This document shows positions 47,901 through 56,752 of a stretch of 64,000 nucleotides of DNA, piece by piece (positions within the stretch are counted from its first letter, which is position 1; the number at the start of each line of letters is the position of its first letter). Made by a program: the position numbers and the translations under genes. The notes under the pieces were generated by a model. It did no database searches, was not told the origin of the DNA, and was given only the letters and a program-made list of their open reading frames with translations. Source of the DNA: an uncultured delta proteobacterium (GTDB lineage: Bacteria > Desulfobacterota > Desulfobacteria > Desulfobacterales > SG8-13); assembly GCA_963825595.1 (NCBI GenBank), contig CAWGUE010000001.1, positions 70,584 to 134,583 of the forward strand, given 5' to 3'.

Positions 47901-49099
47901 CCACAACGGCCGATGCGGGTTTTGCCTCCCTGCGCGAGTGTATCAATTTAGCCAACAGCAATCCCGGGACAACCATCAGCTTCAACATCCCCGGCCCTGG
48001 GAATCAAAGCGCCGGTGCGGATTCCTGGTGGCGCATCTCTCCGACCAGTGCGTTGCCGACGGTGACGGCCGCCGGAACCATCATCGACGGTTCCACCCAA
48101 ACCACCAACCAGGGCGACACCAACAGCCTGGGGCCGGAGGTAGAGATCCGCGGTTTTACCACCTCCTTTACCTATGGTCTGGAACTAAACAGTGCCAACA
48201 ATACTGTCAAGGGACTGATCATCAACGGCTTCAGCGGTACGCTATCGGCGGGCATCATGATTACCGGCGCCTCGGCGACCGGAAACACGGTAACCGGCAA
48301 CTACCTGGGCACCGACTATTCGAGCACCGCCGCGGTCACCAACTACATCGGCGTAGCCATCGGGTCTGGAGCTCAATCGAACACCGTCGGCGGGACCTCC
48401 GCCGCCGAACGCAACGTCATCTCCGGCAACTCAACCTACGGCGCCGAGATAAAGGACAGCGGCACCGACCTGAACGTTGTTAAGGGCAACTACATCGGCA
48501 CCGATCGCCTGGGCACTAATGCCGTCGCCAACGGAACGGGGGTTATCATCTGGGCCGGCGCCGCCAACAATACGATCGGCGGCACCGCGGTCGGCGAAGG
48601 CAACGTCATCTCCGGCAGCACCTGGAATGGCCTGATCATTGCCAACAGCGGCTCCGACAGCAACGTCGTCCAGGGCAACTTAATCGGCACGGACGCGGCG
48701 GGTACCGACGATCTCGGCAATGGCGCCTCAGGCATCAACATCAACCAAGGCGCCCTTAACAATACGATCGGCGGCACCGCGACAAGAGAAGCGAATACCA
48801 TCGCCTTCAACAGCGGCGACGGAATCAGCATGAACAGTTCCGGAACTGATGGCAACCAAGTCTCCGGTAACGCCATCTTCGAAAACGGCGGCCTCGGCAT
48901 CGACCTCGATCCCGACGGCGTGGGCACCGGCAGCGGCGCCAACAATGACAAAGCAGCCCCCAGCATCACCTCCATCACCCCCAGCGGATCCGATTTCACA
49001 ATCATCGCCACTGCCGGAAACAGCGACACCGTCGAGTTCTTCCGGGTCAACAACGCCGGCCGCACCGGCCGTGACGGCCGACCCCAGCGGTTCGGGTGA
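41996..49099 (+). CDS. Giant surface protein, intact N-terminal 2367 codons (signal peptide, DUF2341/LamG-like, Cna-B/SdrD-like, beta-helix and Pmp-like repeats)
   Basis: GTG start. Signal peptide ...LLIIPLQAQA/AWYD. LamG-like block ...TLEAWVK...GTIDEVRIS. VFEDxNxxG...Y.V.V modules. NxISGNxxxGI beta-helix repeats. GGGI repeats. The stop at 49099 is created by a 1-nt insertion near 49055, judged against the parallel segment at 47620-47700. Confidence 0.9.
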   Translation: MEVNKHKNFTLNRSNDKRRGKAISAYSSSRSLFVFVRLLLLITVALLIIPLQAQAAWYDASWSNRQKITILPTLADTDLTNFPYLVKITDPANPIFSIPQTDGDDILFTAADETTKLNHEIELYNPATNELYIWVQVPAISGAVNTDIYMYYGNGSTTNQQSVAATWDNDFVMVQHLQETSGTHFDSTSQNNDGTPQNGVVQTATGKIDGADAFDMVDDYVAVPDSTNLRVVAMTLEAWVKIPAPLPSSGFHGIINHGDSANANWYQLSYDGANNQFHYRWSIGSVRRTNFAATVSADTWYYVVGVLDAGTTTAYTYLNGGLDTTVPGASLPTATASPLDIGRSLSTELFKGTIDEVRISKVARTPEWIAASFRNQNTPDTYQNLEPQQDPPSLWIGGRVFEDKNYGGGAGRSLAASSGVGRPGARVELYDASGAFVDSSTTNAQGDYTLGISSSGNYTVRVVNATVRSSRTGSDGTELSVQTFRTDASSGAAAPVTDKVGGEQPQQVDAPTNSGSQTLAALQALTGQYTQSIAPVSIAAANITGVDFGFNFDTIVNTNNAGQGSLRQFIRNANLLTDDATLSQAGRTPGRETSIFMIPTTDSGYSAAPLAYTIRPTAVLDDVTDPVILDGTTQPGFAGSPIIEIDGASVAAGDQNGLTLQAGGSVVRGFVINRFLSDGIEIEIGGTNVVEGNYFGTDVAGTAARPNGYGISVKSNNNVIGGTTASQRNVISGNTGWGVSLYTTAANNAVRGNYIGLRATGATGLGNSGNGIEIYGTASSNNTIENNVIAGNAQDGVAILDGANIRNAILGNAIYGNGQLGIDLRNDGVTNNNGSINTGRPNYEMDFPVFTNVILDGLNLSVSGYIGSTPNDADFANARVEIFLSDNDPSGNGEGQAYLGYLTADASGNFSGSLTVSGLAVGNSITGTATDEIGNTSEFGANVVVQAHPCPGWTVSTTADTGVPGTLRECVKEANKYSGITLTVPAGTYTLAIAGDDEDAAVTGDLDITAGMTINGAGAGSTIIQAGTNSTNGIDRVFHVDPARAGGFTVSMSNMTIRFGRETGTGGGGILIDQNGTLSFTDGAVTGCNGKIGGGIASLDPSSLTLNRVTVNGNTSTSDGGGVYTLGGYQYTDVAVTGNTAANNGGGIFSDKGSGMFTAVTISGNQANNSRGGGIYSKGSGIMTLTNVTVSGNSASSEGGGICVDGNTSNLTNVTVYNNTGPTGSGIRRRGGTLALRNTIVAGNAAGNCSGMSSSYSSGYNLDDGATCLFTQTGDIQNQNPTFGALANNGGYTQTHALVAGSPAIDKGTGTGAPAVDQRGVSRPIDGDGNGSALFDIGAYEAGPLGATIKGTVFEDANFAGTAADYDGGTNDLALANVDVELYDNSDTYITSVTTDASGGYSFTGLADGTYKVRVRSATIGDADTTPKGGLNATVPATWPYPLAELAWANAAALYGGQNPTVDDTTTADNAGPGDTYVTITVSGSDVGSVNFGFAYNLIVNTGDDTNANNILSKQGSLRQFIKNANAIGMAASSTAKLSQFRIPVTDPNYNGGGNGAFTIRPTIAMPTLSDRMAIDATTQTTNIGDTNGQGPEIELDGTGIGATSRGFAVNAPGCTVRGLVINRFFDGIYLLASSTGSKIESNYIGTDVTGTADLGNSRHGVIVSAGSESSVIGGATAGAGNLISGNTSDGINIQGGGDIRIFGNFIGTDAAGTADLGNGSFGIRVFTDSKVNIIGGSAAGAGNLISGNNGGGIYLAGPLNTVQGNLIGTDAAGTGSIGGSYGLYVTADGNIIGGTAAGEANTVAYHSNQGVYITSGVNNLITGNSIFSNGSLGIDLTSGGNNDKAVPVISSITPAGVDFTIITTAGSGDTIEFFRANNAAAPAVTPDPTAGEGYLYLGSCVDNGACSGPHISPVVDADAAAGSVQAVLLSSGLSSIDVVTATATDASNNTSEFAANAYTSTCPGGVVTTTADAGFASLRECINLANSNPGTTISFNIPGPGNQSAGADSWWRISPTSALPTVTAAGTIIDGSTQTTNQGDTNSLGPEVEIRGFTTSFTYGLELNSANNTVKGLIINGFSGTLSAGIMITGASATGNTVTGNYLGTDYSSTAAVTNYIGVAIGSGAQSNTVGGTSAAERNVISGNSTYGAEIKDSGTDLNVVKGNYIGTDRLGTNAVANGTGVIIWAGAANNTIGGTAVGEGNVISGSTWNGLIIANSGSDSNVVQGNLIGTDAAGTDDLGNGASGININQGALNNTIGGTATREANTIAFNSGDGISMNSSGTDGNQVSGNAIFENGGLGIDLDPDGVGTGSGANNDKAAPSITSITPSGSDFTIIATAGNSDTVEFFRVNNAGRTGRDGRPQRFG

Positions 49100-49650
49100 A
49101 GGGTATCTCTATCTGGGAAGCTGCGTCGACAACGGGGCCTGCATCGGCCCCCACATCAGCGCCGTGGCCGACGCCGACGCGGCCGCTGGCTCCGTTCAGG
49201 CTGTCCTGCTTTCAGGCGGTTTGAGCATTGGTGATGTGGTTACGGCTACGGCCACCGATACGAGCAATAACACCTCCGAGTTCGGGCCAGAATGTGACCG
49301 TTGTCCGCCACATACAACCTTGAGGGCTTCGTTTACGAGGACGTCGACGGCGACGGGGACATTCTCGATGACGGAGTCGCCACCGGATCCGTCGTCGTGC
49401 ATCTGTATCGGGACGGCGGCGATGGAGTGCCGGACGGGGCAGACGATATTTTCGTGACGACGGAAGGTACGGATGCTGGTGGACAGTTTCAGTTCGGTGA
49501 CCGTTTGAACGGTACCTACTGGATCGTCGTCGATTCGAAAACCTTCAGACCCGGCGGAGCAACTACTAACACGTGGGCCGAACAAACGTACGGCTCGGTC
49601 GGCAGTGTCACCCAGATCGGCGCGCTGTATAGTTTCAGTCCCGCCGCCGG
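49057..49650 (+). pseudogene. Giant surface protein, two short frame-shifted bridging segments
   Basis: Frame 0 reads ...GEGYLYLGSCVDNGACIGPHISAVADADAAAGSVQAVLL...TSNNTSEFGP. Frame 2 then reads YNLEGFVYEDVDGDGD...WIVVDSKTF... Indels fall near 49283, 49300 and 49650. Confidence 0.6.
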
Positions 49651-51905
49651 AGCCGCTCTACGGCGGCAAACGCAGCGAGGTTTCCGACGACACGTCGACG
49701 CTCGTAAGCGCAGAGCATGTCATCCGAGTGATCGTCTCCGGTGCCGACGTCACCGGCCTCGACTTCGGCTTCAGCTTCGACGTGGTTGCCAACACCCGGG
49801 ACGGGGATGACGATCCGTTGAACGGCCGCACGATCCAGGGCTCGCTGCGGCAATTCCTGCAGAACGCCAATGGCAATGTGGGCACGAGAACGTGCAGGTT
49901 TGCCATCGCTACTACTGACGCGAACTACAATGCGGGGACGAACAGCTTCCTGGTCCGTCCCGCCACTCCTTTGCCCTTTATCAATGGGGGTGTGCGCCTC
50001 GACGCTGCCACACAGGCCGGCTACGACGGCACGCCGATCATTGACCTCGATGGCAGCATGGCCGGAGCGGGCGCCCACGGGTTTGAGTCCGACGGCGGTG
50101 GAAGCTACTTCCGCGGCTTCACCATCCGCAACTTCGACGGCGCCGGGATCTCTCTTTCCGGTTCGGGCCCCGACACGATCGTCGGCAACTACATCGGAAC
50201 CGACGTCAACGGTACGGTTGCCCAGGGCAACCGGATCGGCATCGATCTCGGCAGCGGTGCCGATGATACTCGAGTGGGCGGAACAGCGGCCGGAGAGGGG
50301 AACATCATCGCCTTTAACACCGAAGTGGGTGTCCGGGTTACAGGCTCGGCATCCAGGCCCATCCTCGGGAACTCCATTTACGGCAACACGGGGCTCGGGA
50401 TCGACCTGGGAAACAACGGCGTGACCCCAAACAATGGCACGAAGAACGGCGGCCTGCCAAATTACGAGATGGATTACCCCGTCTTCGACAATGCCGCCCT
50501 CACCGGCACGACGCTGACCGTGTCGGGATACGTGGGAAGCGCGCTCGGCCAGAGCACCTTCGCCAACGCCCGGGTCGAGATCTTCAAGGCGGATAATTCC
50601 CCCGCTGACCAGAATGGGGAGATCGTCGCCGGTGACAGCCTGAGTGTGCCCCACGGCGAAGGGAGAACTTACCTCGGCTTCGTAACCACCGATGCCAACG
50701 GCAATTTCAGCGACAATGTCACGGTGAGCGGACTGGTGGCAGGCGACCTAATCACCGGAACCGCGACCGACGGAAGCGGCAACACCTCCGAATTCGGGCC
50801 CAATGCCCTCGTTGTCGTGACTGCCGATCTGGCCTTGACCAAGATGGACAATCCGGACCCAGCACCGGCCGGGGGCCCGCTGGTCTATACCCTAGTCGTC
50901 AGCAATAACGGGCCGAATACGGCCAACAACGTCACCCTGGTCGACACATTGCCGGCCGGCGTCACCTTTCAGTCAGCCACTCCCAGTCAGGGAAGCTGTT
51001 CCGGCACTACCACCATTACCTGCGATCTCGGCGCTACCTTCAACGGCGGCACCGCCAGTGTTGAAATTCTGGTGGTCACTTCCGGGGCCGGTACGATCAC
51101 CAACACGGCCAGCGTATCCGCCGACGAAACCGATCCTTTTCCCGGCAACAACGGTGTCAGCGTCGACACGGATATTGTCGTTTCATCGATGTTCGACGTA
51201 CCGCTGACCCAGTATACGCGGCTGCACGGCTTCATCGATTATACCACCACCGGTGGTTCGCTGCGTAACCGGCCCAATAACCAAAACGCCTGTTCGGTAG
51301 TCGGCAGTTCGACTGCCACCTTATCCGGAATCCCGGTCGGGGGCACCGTGCTGGCAGCCTATCTCTACTGGGCCGGCTCCGGCTCGACGGTCGACGATCA
51401 AGTCTATCTCGACGCCTCATCTCTGACGGCCGACCGCACTTTCACGAGCCGTTTCGTTCTGGGTTCCACCGATTACGACTTCTTCGGCGGCTTCAAGGAT
51501 GTTACCACCCAAGTGCAGTCCAAACGCAACGGAGATTACACCTTCAGCGACCTGACCGTCACCACCTCCGGCCAATACTGCTCTTCCCAGGCAGTCATCG
51601 CCGGCTGGTCGCTGATCGTGATCTACGAAGATTCGAGCGTATCGGGCAAGACTCTCGTCGTCTACGACGGGTTTGACCTCGAGCGCAACAATGCCACCAA
51701 TTATTTGCTCACCGGTATATACGCTGTCGATCCCCCGGAGGCCAAAAGCTCTTTCCTCCTGTGGGAAGGCGATTCAAATTTAGGTGGATCAGCGGAGGAA
51801 CTCGAGTTCAACGGCACCAACCTGTCGGATGCACTGAACCCCGTCAACAATGTCTATAACAGTACAATCAATTCTCTCGGCGTCGACCACCACATATGGG
51901 CTTGA
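49605..51905 (+). CDS. Giant surface protein fragment (beta-helix cassette, one DUF11 domain, LYWAGSG module)
   Basis: 766-aa track ORF. GSLRQFLQNAN, NxIxGN repeats, DLALTKMDNPDPAPAGGPLVYTLVVSNNGPNTANNVTLVDTLPAGV, then ...LAAYLYWAGSGS... Confidence 0.8.
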   Translation: MSPRSARCIVSVPPPEPLYGGKRSEVSDDTSTLVSAEHVIRVIVSGADVTGLDFGFSFDVVANTRDGDDDPLNGRTIQGSLRQFLQNANGNVGTRTCRFAIATTDANYNAGTNSFLVRPATPLPFINGGVRLDAATQAGYDGTPIIDLDGSMAGAGAHGFESDGGGSYFRGFTIRNFDGAGISLSGSGPDTIVGNYIGTDVNGTVAQGNRIGIDLGSGADDTRVGGTAAGEGNIIAFNTEVGVRVTGSASRPILGNSIYGNTGLGIDLGNNGVTPNNGTKNGGLPNYEMDYPVFDNAALTGTTLTVSGYVGSALGQSTFANARVEIFKADNSPADQNGEIVAGDSLSVPHGEGRTYLGFVTTDANGNFSDNVTVSGLVAGDLITGTATDGSGNTSEFGPNALVVVTADLALTKMDNPDPAPAGGPLVYTLVVSNNGPNTANNVTLVDTLPAGVTFQSATPSQGSCSGTTTITCDLGATFNGGTASVEILVVTSGAGTITNTASVSADETDPFPGNNGVSVDTDIVVSSMFDVPLTQYTRLHGFIDYTTTGGSLRNRPNNQNACSVVGSSTATLSGIPVGGTVLAAYLYWAGSGSTVDDQVYLDASSLTADRTFTSRFVLGSTDYDFFGGFKDVTTQVQSKRNGDYTFSDLTVTTSGQYCSSQAVIAGWSLIVIYEDSSVSGKTLVVYDGFDLERNNATNYLLTGIYAVDPPEAKSSFLLWEGDSNLGGSAEELEFNGTNLSDALNPVNNVYNSTINSLGVDHHIWA

Positions 51906-54900
51906 CCTCGACACCTTCGACGTGTCGGCCCTGGTCAGCGACGGTGACACCTCGGCCAGCAACAGGGTGTCGGTGGGGCCGGACCTGGTCATCCTCAATG
52001 CGGTTGTGCTGGAGGCCAAGACCGACATCATCGTCGGCCATGTATTCGACGATGTCAACTTCGGCGGCGGGGCCGGACGGGATCTTGCCACCGCCGCCGC
52101 GGCGGCCCCCGGTTTTTCCGTGGGGCGGCCCAATGCGCGGGCCGAACTCTACGATGCCGCAGGCAACTTTCTGCGCGCGACCACCACCGATTCAGATGGC
52201 CGCTACGGTTTTGCCGGTATCCCCAACGGCAATTATTTCGTGCGTGTGGTCAACAATACGGTCACCCCGGCCAGAAGCGGTGCCACCGGCAACGAATGGC
52301 CGGTGCAGACCTTCCGCACCAATGCCACCACCGGCACACCCGTGGCCGTGACGAACGAGGTGGGCGGAGCCGACCCCACGGTTCAGGACGACCCGGCCAA
52401 CACCACCAGCGCCAACCTGTTTTCAATCACGGCCCAATCGGTGGCACCGGTGGCCATCGGCGGCTACTTAAGCGTTATCGACGTTAATTTCGGGTTCAAT
52501 TTCGATACCATCGTCAACACCAATGATTCGGGCCAGGGCAGTTTGCGCGAATTCATCGAAAACGCCAATGCCCTGTCTAACACCAATTTGGCCCAAGCCG
52601 GGATGACCGCCGGGATCGAAACCAGCATTTTCCAAATCCCCGGCGCCGGACCTTTTAGCATTCAACCGGCGACAGCACTTCCCACCGTGACCGACCCCGT
52701 CGTCCTGGACGGTACCACCCAACCGGGCTGGACCAGTGCCCCCATCATCGAGCTGGATGGATCTCTGATCGCCACCGACAATACCCACGGCCTCCACCTC
52801 ACGGCCGGGGGCAGCACGGTGCGGGGATTCGTCATCAACCGTTTTGCTACCGCAGGCAGCAGCGGAATTTACCTGGCCACCGGCGGCAACAATACCGTTG
52901 AAGGCAACTATGTCGGCATTGACAGCACGGGCACTCTGGCTCGTGCCAACGGCCGGGGTGGAATCTATGTGTTGAACTCGGGTGGTAACACCATTGGCGG
53001 CACCACGGATGCGGCCAGAAATGTGGTGTCGAGTAGCACATGGGATATCACTCTGGAGGGTGCGAGTTCCACAAACAATGTCATTGTAGGCAACTATGTG
53101 GGCACAGATAAGAATGGCACGGCTGCCATCGGTGCAATCCACGGCATCGTCATCTGGAATGCCCCCAATAACAGGGTCGGCGGCACAAGTATAGCGGAAC
53201 GCAATGTCATTTCCGGTAATCCCAACTGCGGTATCCTGCTTACAAGTGCAGGCTCTACTGGAAATGAACTGCAGGGGAATTATATCGGCACGGATGCTAC
53301 AGGTGGCGTAGCTCTGGGCAACCGCTTAGGGGTCTGCCTCAGTAATGCCCACAACACGATCGTCGGCGGGACCGCTTCCGGGGCCGCCAATGTGATCAGC
53401 GGCAACACTTCCAACGGCTTTATTCTAAGCAGTGGCGCCACGGGAAATGTCATCCAGGGCAACTTCATTGGTACGGATGCAACCAGCAGTATTGCCCTGG
53501 GCAACGGCAGCAGCGACAGCACCCACGGCATATGGATCAGTGACGGTTCCAACAACACCATCGGTGGAACCGGTATCGGCGAGCCGAACATCATCGTCAA
53601 CAACGCGAACGCCGGGGTGTATGTCGCTGTAGGTGCAGGCAATATCATCTCAGGCAATGCCATCTATAGCAATGGCAGCATCGGAATCGATCTCGGCCCT
53701 ATTGACGGTGTGACGACCAACGACGACGCCAAAACGTCCGGACAGCCCAACCTTCTTATGGACTTTCCGGTCTTCACCACCGCTACGCTGTTGGGCACGA
53801 ACCTTTTCGTAACCGGCTATGTCGGCTCGACGGCCGGCCAGGCGACCTTTGCCAACGCCCGGGTGGAGATTTTCGAGTCCGACAACGATGCCAGCGGCCA
53901 CGGTGAGGGACAGACTTTCCTCGGCGTTCTCACGGCGGACGGCAGCGGCAATTTCAGCGGCACCATCGATGTGAGCGGGAAAGGCCTCGCCGCAGGTGAA
54001 AATATCACCGGAACCGCCACCGACGGAAGCAACAATACATCCGAATTTGGAACACATCGGATTGTCGTCGCGCCGGCCGTAACGGTCGAGGATATCACCG
54101 AGATCGAAGGCACGGGTCTGCTCTTCACAGTGACCCTGGACTATGCCGTGTCGGGCGGCTTTGATGTGACGGTCGGCTTCACCGATGGAACGGCCTCCGG
54201 CGGTGCTGCGCCGCTGGCAACCCCGGAAGATTTCGCCAATGATGCCGTAACATTAAATTTTGCCGGCACGGCGGACGAAACCCAATCCTTTACCGTGGCC
54301 ACGCTCGATGATGTCCTCGTAGAGGGAAATGAGACGTTTACCGTCATCCTGGCTGCCTCCAATGCCAATGTGGATGCCAGTGATACCGCTGTGGGCACGA
54401 TCACCGAAAATGACACCGATTTGGTGGTCACGAAGACGGTTGACAATGGCACCCCGGATGAGGGCGACACGGTCACCTTCACCGTGACTGTAACCAACAG
54501 CGGCTCGGTTCAGGTGACTAACGTCAGCATCGATGATGTGCTGCCCGCCGGTTTGACGGCCGGTACGATCACCCCCAGCCAGGGCAGTTTCACCGCACCC
54601 ACATGGACCATCGGGACCATCGACAGTGGCGCAAACGCTACATTAACAATTCAGGCCACCGTCGATGCCGGCACCGCCGGTTCCACCATCACCAACATGG
54701 TCACCAACGTCAGCCTGGATCAGGTGGACAGCGACACCACCGCTGATGATCTGAGTGAGTCGATCACGGTCGGCAATGCAACCGATCTTGTCATCACGAA
54801 GATTGTAGATAACGGAACTCCTGATGAAGGCGACACGGTCACCTTCACCGTCACGGTCACAAACAACGGTCCGGCCCAGGCTTCAAACGTCAGCATCGAT

Positions 54901-55179
54901 GACGCGCTGCCGGCTGGCCTGACGATTGGTTCGGTAACTCCGAGCACCGGAACATGGACCGCACCCACATGGACCATCGGGACCCTGGCTGACGGCGCCA
55001 GTGCCACGTTGACGATCCAGGCCACGGTCAACGCCGGTACCGCCGGTTCCACTATCACAAACACGGTCACCAACGTTACCCTGGATCAGGTGGACAGCAA
55101 CACCACCGCCGATGATCCCAGTGAGTCGGTCACCGTCGGCAACAGCACGGATCTTGTGATCGGTAAAGACCGTCGATAA
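51850..55179 (+). CDS. Giant surface protein fragment (Cna-B-like, beta-helix cassette, Calx-beta-like, first two DUF11 units)
   Basis: 1109-aa track ORF. Continues the previous fragment after a +1 shift near 51880. GSLREFIENAN. Calx-beta-like VTVEDITEIEG...ETFTVIL at about 54070-54410. Ends at a 1-nt insertion at 55167 (ggtaaaGaccgtc versus ggtaaaaccgtc in other units). Confidence 0.8.
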   Translation: MSITVQSILSASTTTYGLDLDTFDVSALVSDGDTSASNRVSVGPDLVILNAVVLEAKTDIIVGHVFDDVNFGGGAGRDLATAAAAAPGFSVGRPNARAELYDAAGNFLRATTTDSDGRYGFAGIPNGNYFVRVVNNTVTPARSGATGNEWPVQTFRTNATTGTPVAVTNEVGGADPTVQDDPANTTSANLFSITAQSVAPVAIGGYLSVIDVNFGFNFDTIVNTNDSGQGSLREFIENANALSNTNLAQAGMTAGIETSIFQIPGAGPFSIQPATALPTVTDPVVLDGTTQPGWTSAPIIELDGSLIATDNTHGLHLTAGGSTVRGFVINRFATAGSSGIYLATGGNNTVEGNYVGIDSTGTLARANGRGGIYVLNSGGNTIGGTTDAARNVVSSSTWDITLEGASSTNNVIVGNYVGTDKNGTAAIGAIHGIVIWNAPNNRVGGTSIAERNVISGNPNCGILLTSAGSTGNELQGNYIGTDATGGVALGNRLGVCLSNAHNTIVGGTASGAANVISGNTSNGFILSSGATGNVIQGNFIGTDATSSIALGNGSSDSTHGIWISDGSNNTIGGTGIGEPNIIVNNANAGVYVAVGAGNIISGNAIYSNGSIGIDLGPIDGVTTNDDAKTSGQPNLLMDFPVFTTATLLGTNLFVTGYVGSTAGQATFANARVEIFESDNDASGHGEGQTFLGVLTADGSGNFSGTIDVSGKGLAAGENITGTATDGSNNTSEFGTHRIVVAPAVTVEDITEIEGTGLLFTVTLDYAVSGGFDVTVGFTDGTASGGAAPLATPEDFANDAVTLNFAGTADETQSFTVATLDDVLVEGNETFTVILAASNANVDASDTAVGTITENDTDLVVTKTVDNGTPDEGDTVTFTVTVTNSGSVQVTNVSIDDVLPAGLTAGTITPSQGSFTAPTWTIGTIDSGANATLTIQATVDAGTAGSTITNMVTNVSLDQVDSDTTADDLSESITVGNATDLVITKIVDNGTPDEGDTVTFTVTVTNNGPAQASNVSIDDALPAGLTIGSVTPSTGTWTAPTWTIGTLADGASATLTIQATVNAGTAGSTITNTVTNVTLDQVDSNTTADDPSESVTVGNSTDLVIGKDRR

Positions 55180-55270
55180 CGGAACGCCGGATGAGGGCGA
55201 CACGGTCACCTTCACCGTCACGGTCACAAACAACGGTCCGGCCCAGGCCACCAATGTCAGTATCGATGAT

Positions 55271-56752
55271 GTGCTGCCGGCCGGTTTGACGACCGGTACG
55301 GTAACTCCGAGCCAGGGACAGTGGACCGCACCCACATGGACCATCGGGACCATGGCAGACGGCGCAAGCGCCACGTTAACGATCCAGGCCACCGTCAACG
55401 CCGGTACCGCCGGTTCCACCATCACAAACACGGCCACAAACGTTACCCTGGATCAGGTCGACAGCAACGCCACCGCCGATGATCCCAGTGAGTCGATCAC
55501 AGTCGGAAACAGCACCGACCTTGTGATCGGTAAAACCGTCGACAACGGAACGCCGAATGAAGGCGACACCGTCACCTTCACCGTCACGGTTACAAACAAC
55601 GGTCCCGCTCAGGCTTCAAACGTCAGCATCGATGACGCCCTGCCGGCGGGTTTAACAGCCGGTACGATCACTCCCAGCCAGGGTAGTTGGACCGCACCGA
55701 CATGGACCGTCGGAACCATCGATGCTGGATCGAACGCCACGTTAACGATCCAGGCCTCCGTCGACGCCGGTACTGCTGGATCAACCATCACAAACACGGT
55801 CACAAACGTGACCCTGGATCAGGTGGATAGCGACACTACCGCTGATGACCTCAGTGAGTCGGTCACCGTCGGTAACAGCACGGATCTTGTTATTGGTAAA
55901 ACCGTCGATAACGGCACCCCGGACGAAGGCGATACGGTTACCTTCACCGTCACGGTGACTAACAACGGTCCGGCTCAGGCTTCAAACGTCAGTATCGATG
56001 ACGCCCTGCCCGCAGGTTTGACGGCCGGTACGATCACCCCCAGCCAGGGCAGTTTCACCGCACCCACATGGACCATCGGGACCATCGACAGTGGCGCAAA
56101 CGCTACATTAACAATTCAGGCCACCGTCGATGCCGGCACCGCCGGTTCCACCATCACCAACACGGTCACCAACGTCAGCCTGGATCAGGTGGACAGCGAC
56201 ACCACCGCTGATGATCTCAGTGAATCGATCACGGTCGGCAACGCCACGGATTTGGTGATTGGTAAAACTGTCGACAACGGAACCCCGGATGAGGGCGACA
56301 CGGTCACTTTCACCGTCACGGTCACAAACAACGGTCCGGCCCAGGCCACGAACCTCACGCTCGATGATGCCATTCCCGCCGGCTTGACCATCGGCTCGGT
56401 GACACCGAGTGTCGGATCCTATGCGGCGCCCACATGGACCATCGGGACCCTGGCTGACGGTGCCAGTGCCACTCTGACCATCATTGCTGACGTCGATGCC
56501 GGCACCGCCGGTTCCACCATCACAAACACGGTCACCGGGGTCACTCTGGATCAGATCGACAGCAACACCACCGCTGATGATCTCAGTGAGTCGATTACGG
56601 TCGGTAACAGACGGATTTGGTTATTGGTAAAACGGTTGACAATGGAACGCCCGATGAGGGCGACACGATCACCTTCACCGTCACGGTCACAAATAACGGG
56701 CCGGCCCAGGCCACAAACGTCAGCATCGATGACGTGCTGCCGGCTGGCCTGA
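55271..56752 (+). CDS. Giant surface protein fragment (DUF11 units)
   Basis: Track ORF. The repeat frame actually resumes at about 55168 and is lost at about 56609 (1-nt deletion, aacag-acgg). Confidence 0.7.
   Translation: MLPAGLTTGTVTPSQGQWTAPTWTIGTMADGASATLTIQATVNAGTAGSTITNTATNVTLDQVDSNATADDPSESITVGNSTDLVIGKTVDNGTPNEGDTVTFTVTVTNNGPAQASNVSIDDALPAGLTAGTITPSQGSWTAPTWTVGTIDAGSNATLTIQASVDAGTAGSTITNTVTNVTLDQVDSDTTADDLSESVTVGNSTDLVIGKTVDNGTPDEGDTVTFTVTVTNNGPAQASNVSIDDALPAGLTAGTITPSQGSFTAPTWTIGTIDSGANATLTIQATVDAGTAGSTITNTVTNVSLDQVDSDTTADDLSESITVGNATDLVIGKTVDNGTPDEGDTVTFTVTVTNNGPAQATNLTLDDAIPAGLTIGSVTPSVGSYAAPTWTIGTLADGASATLTIIADVDAGTAGSTITNTVTGVTLDQIDSNTTADDLSESITVGNRRIWLLVKRLTMERPMRATRSPSPSRSQITGRPRPQTSASMTCCRLA

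Noticed and set aside
42892-50654. Very long shadow ORFs in the giant gene (42892-44370 plus strand, 43973-45883 minus, 46907-47728 minus, 49635-50654 minus)
   Set aside because: They are alternative frames of a repetitive Gly/Thr/Asn-rich gene. Their products are Arg/Pro/Gly-rich and featureless, whereas the annotated frame carries all recognisable domains.
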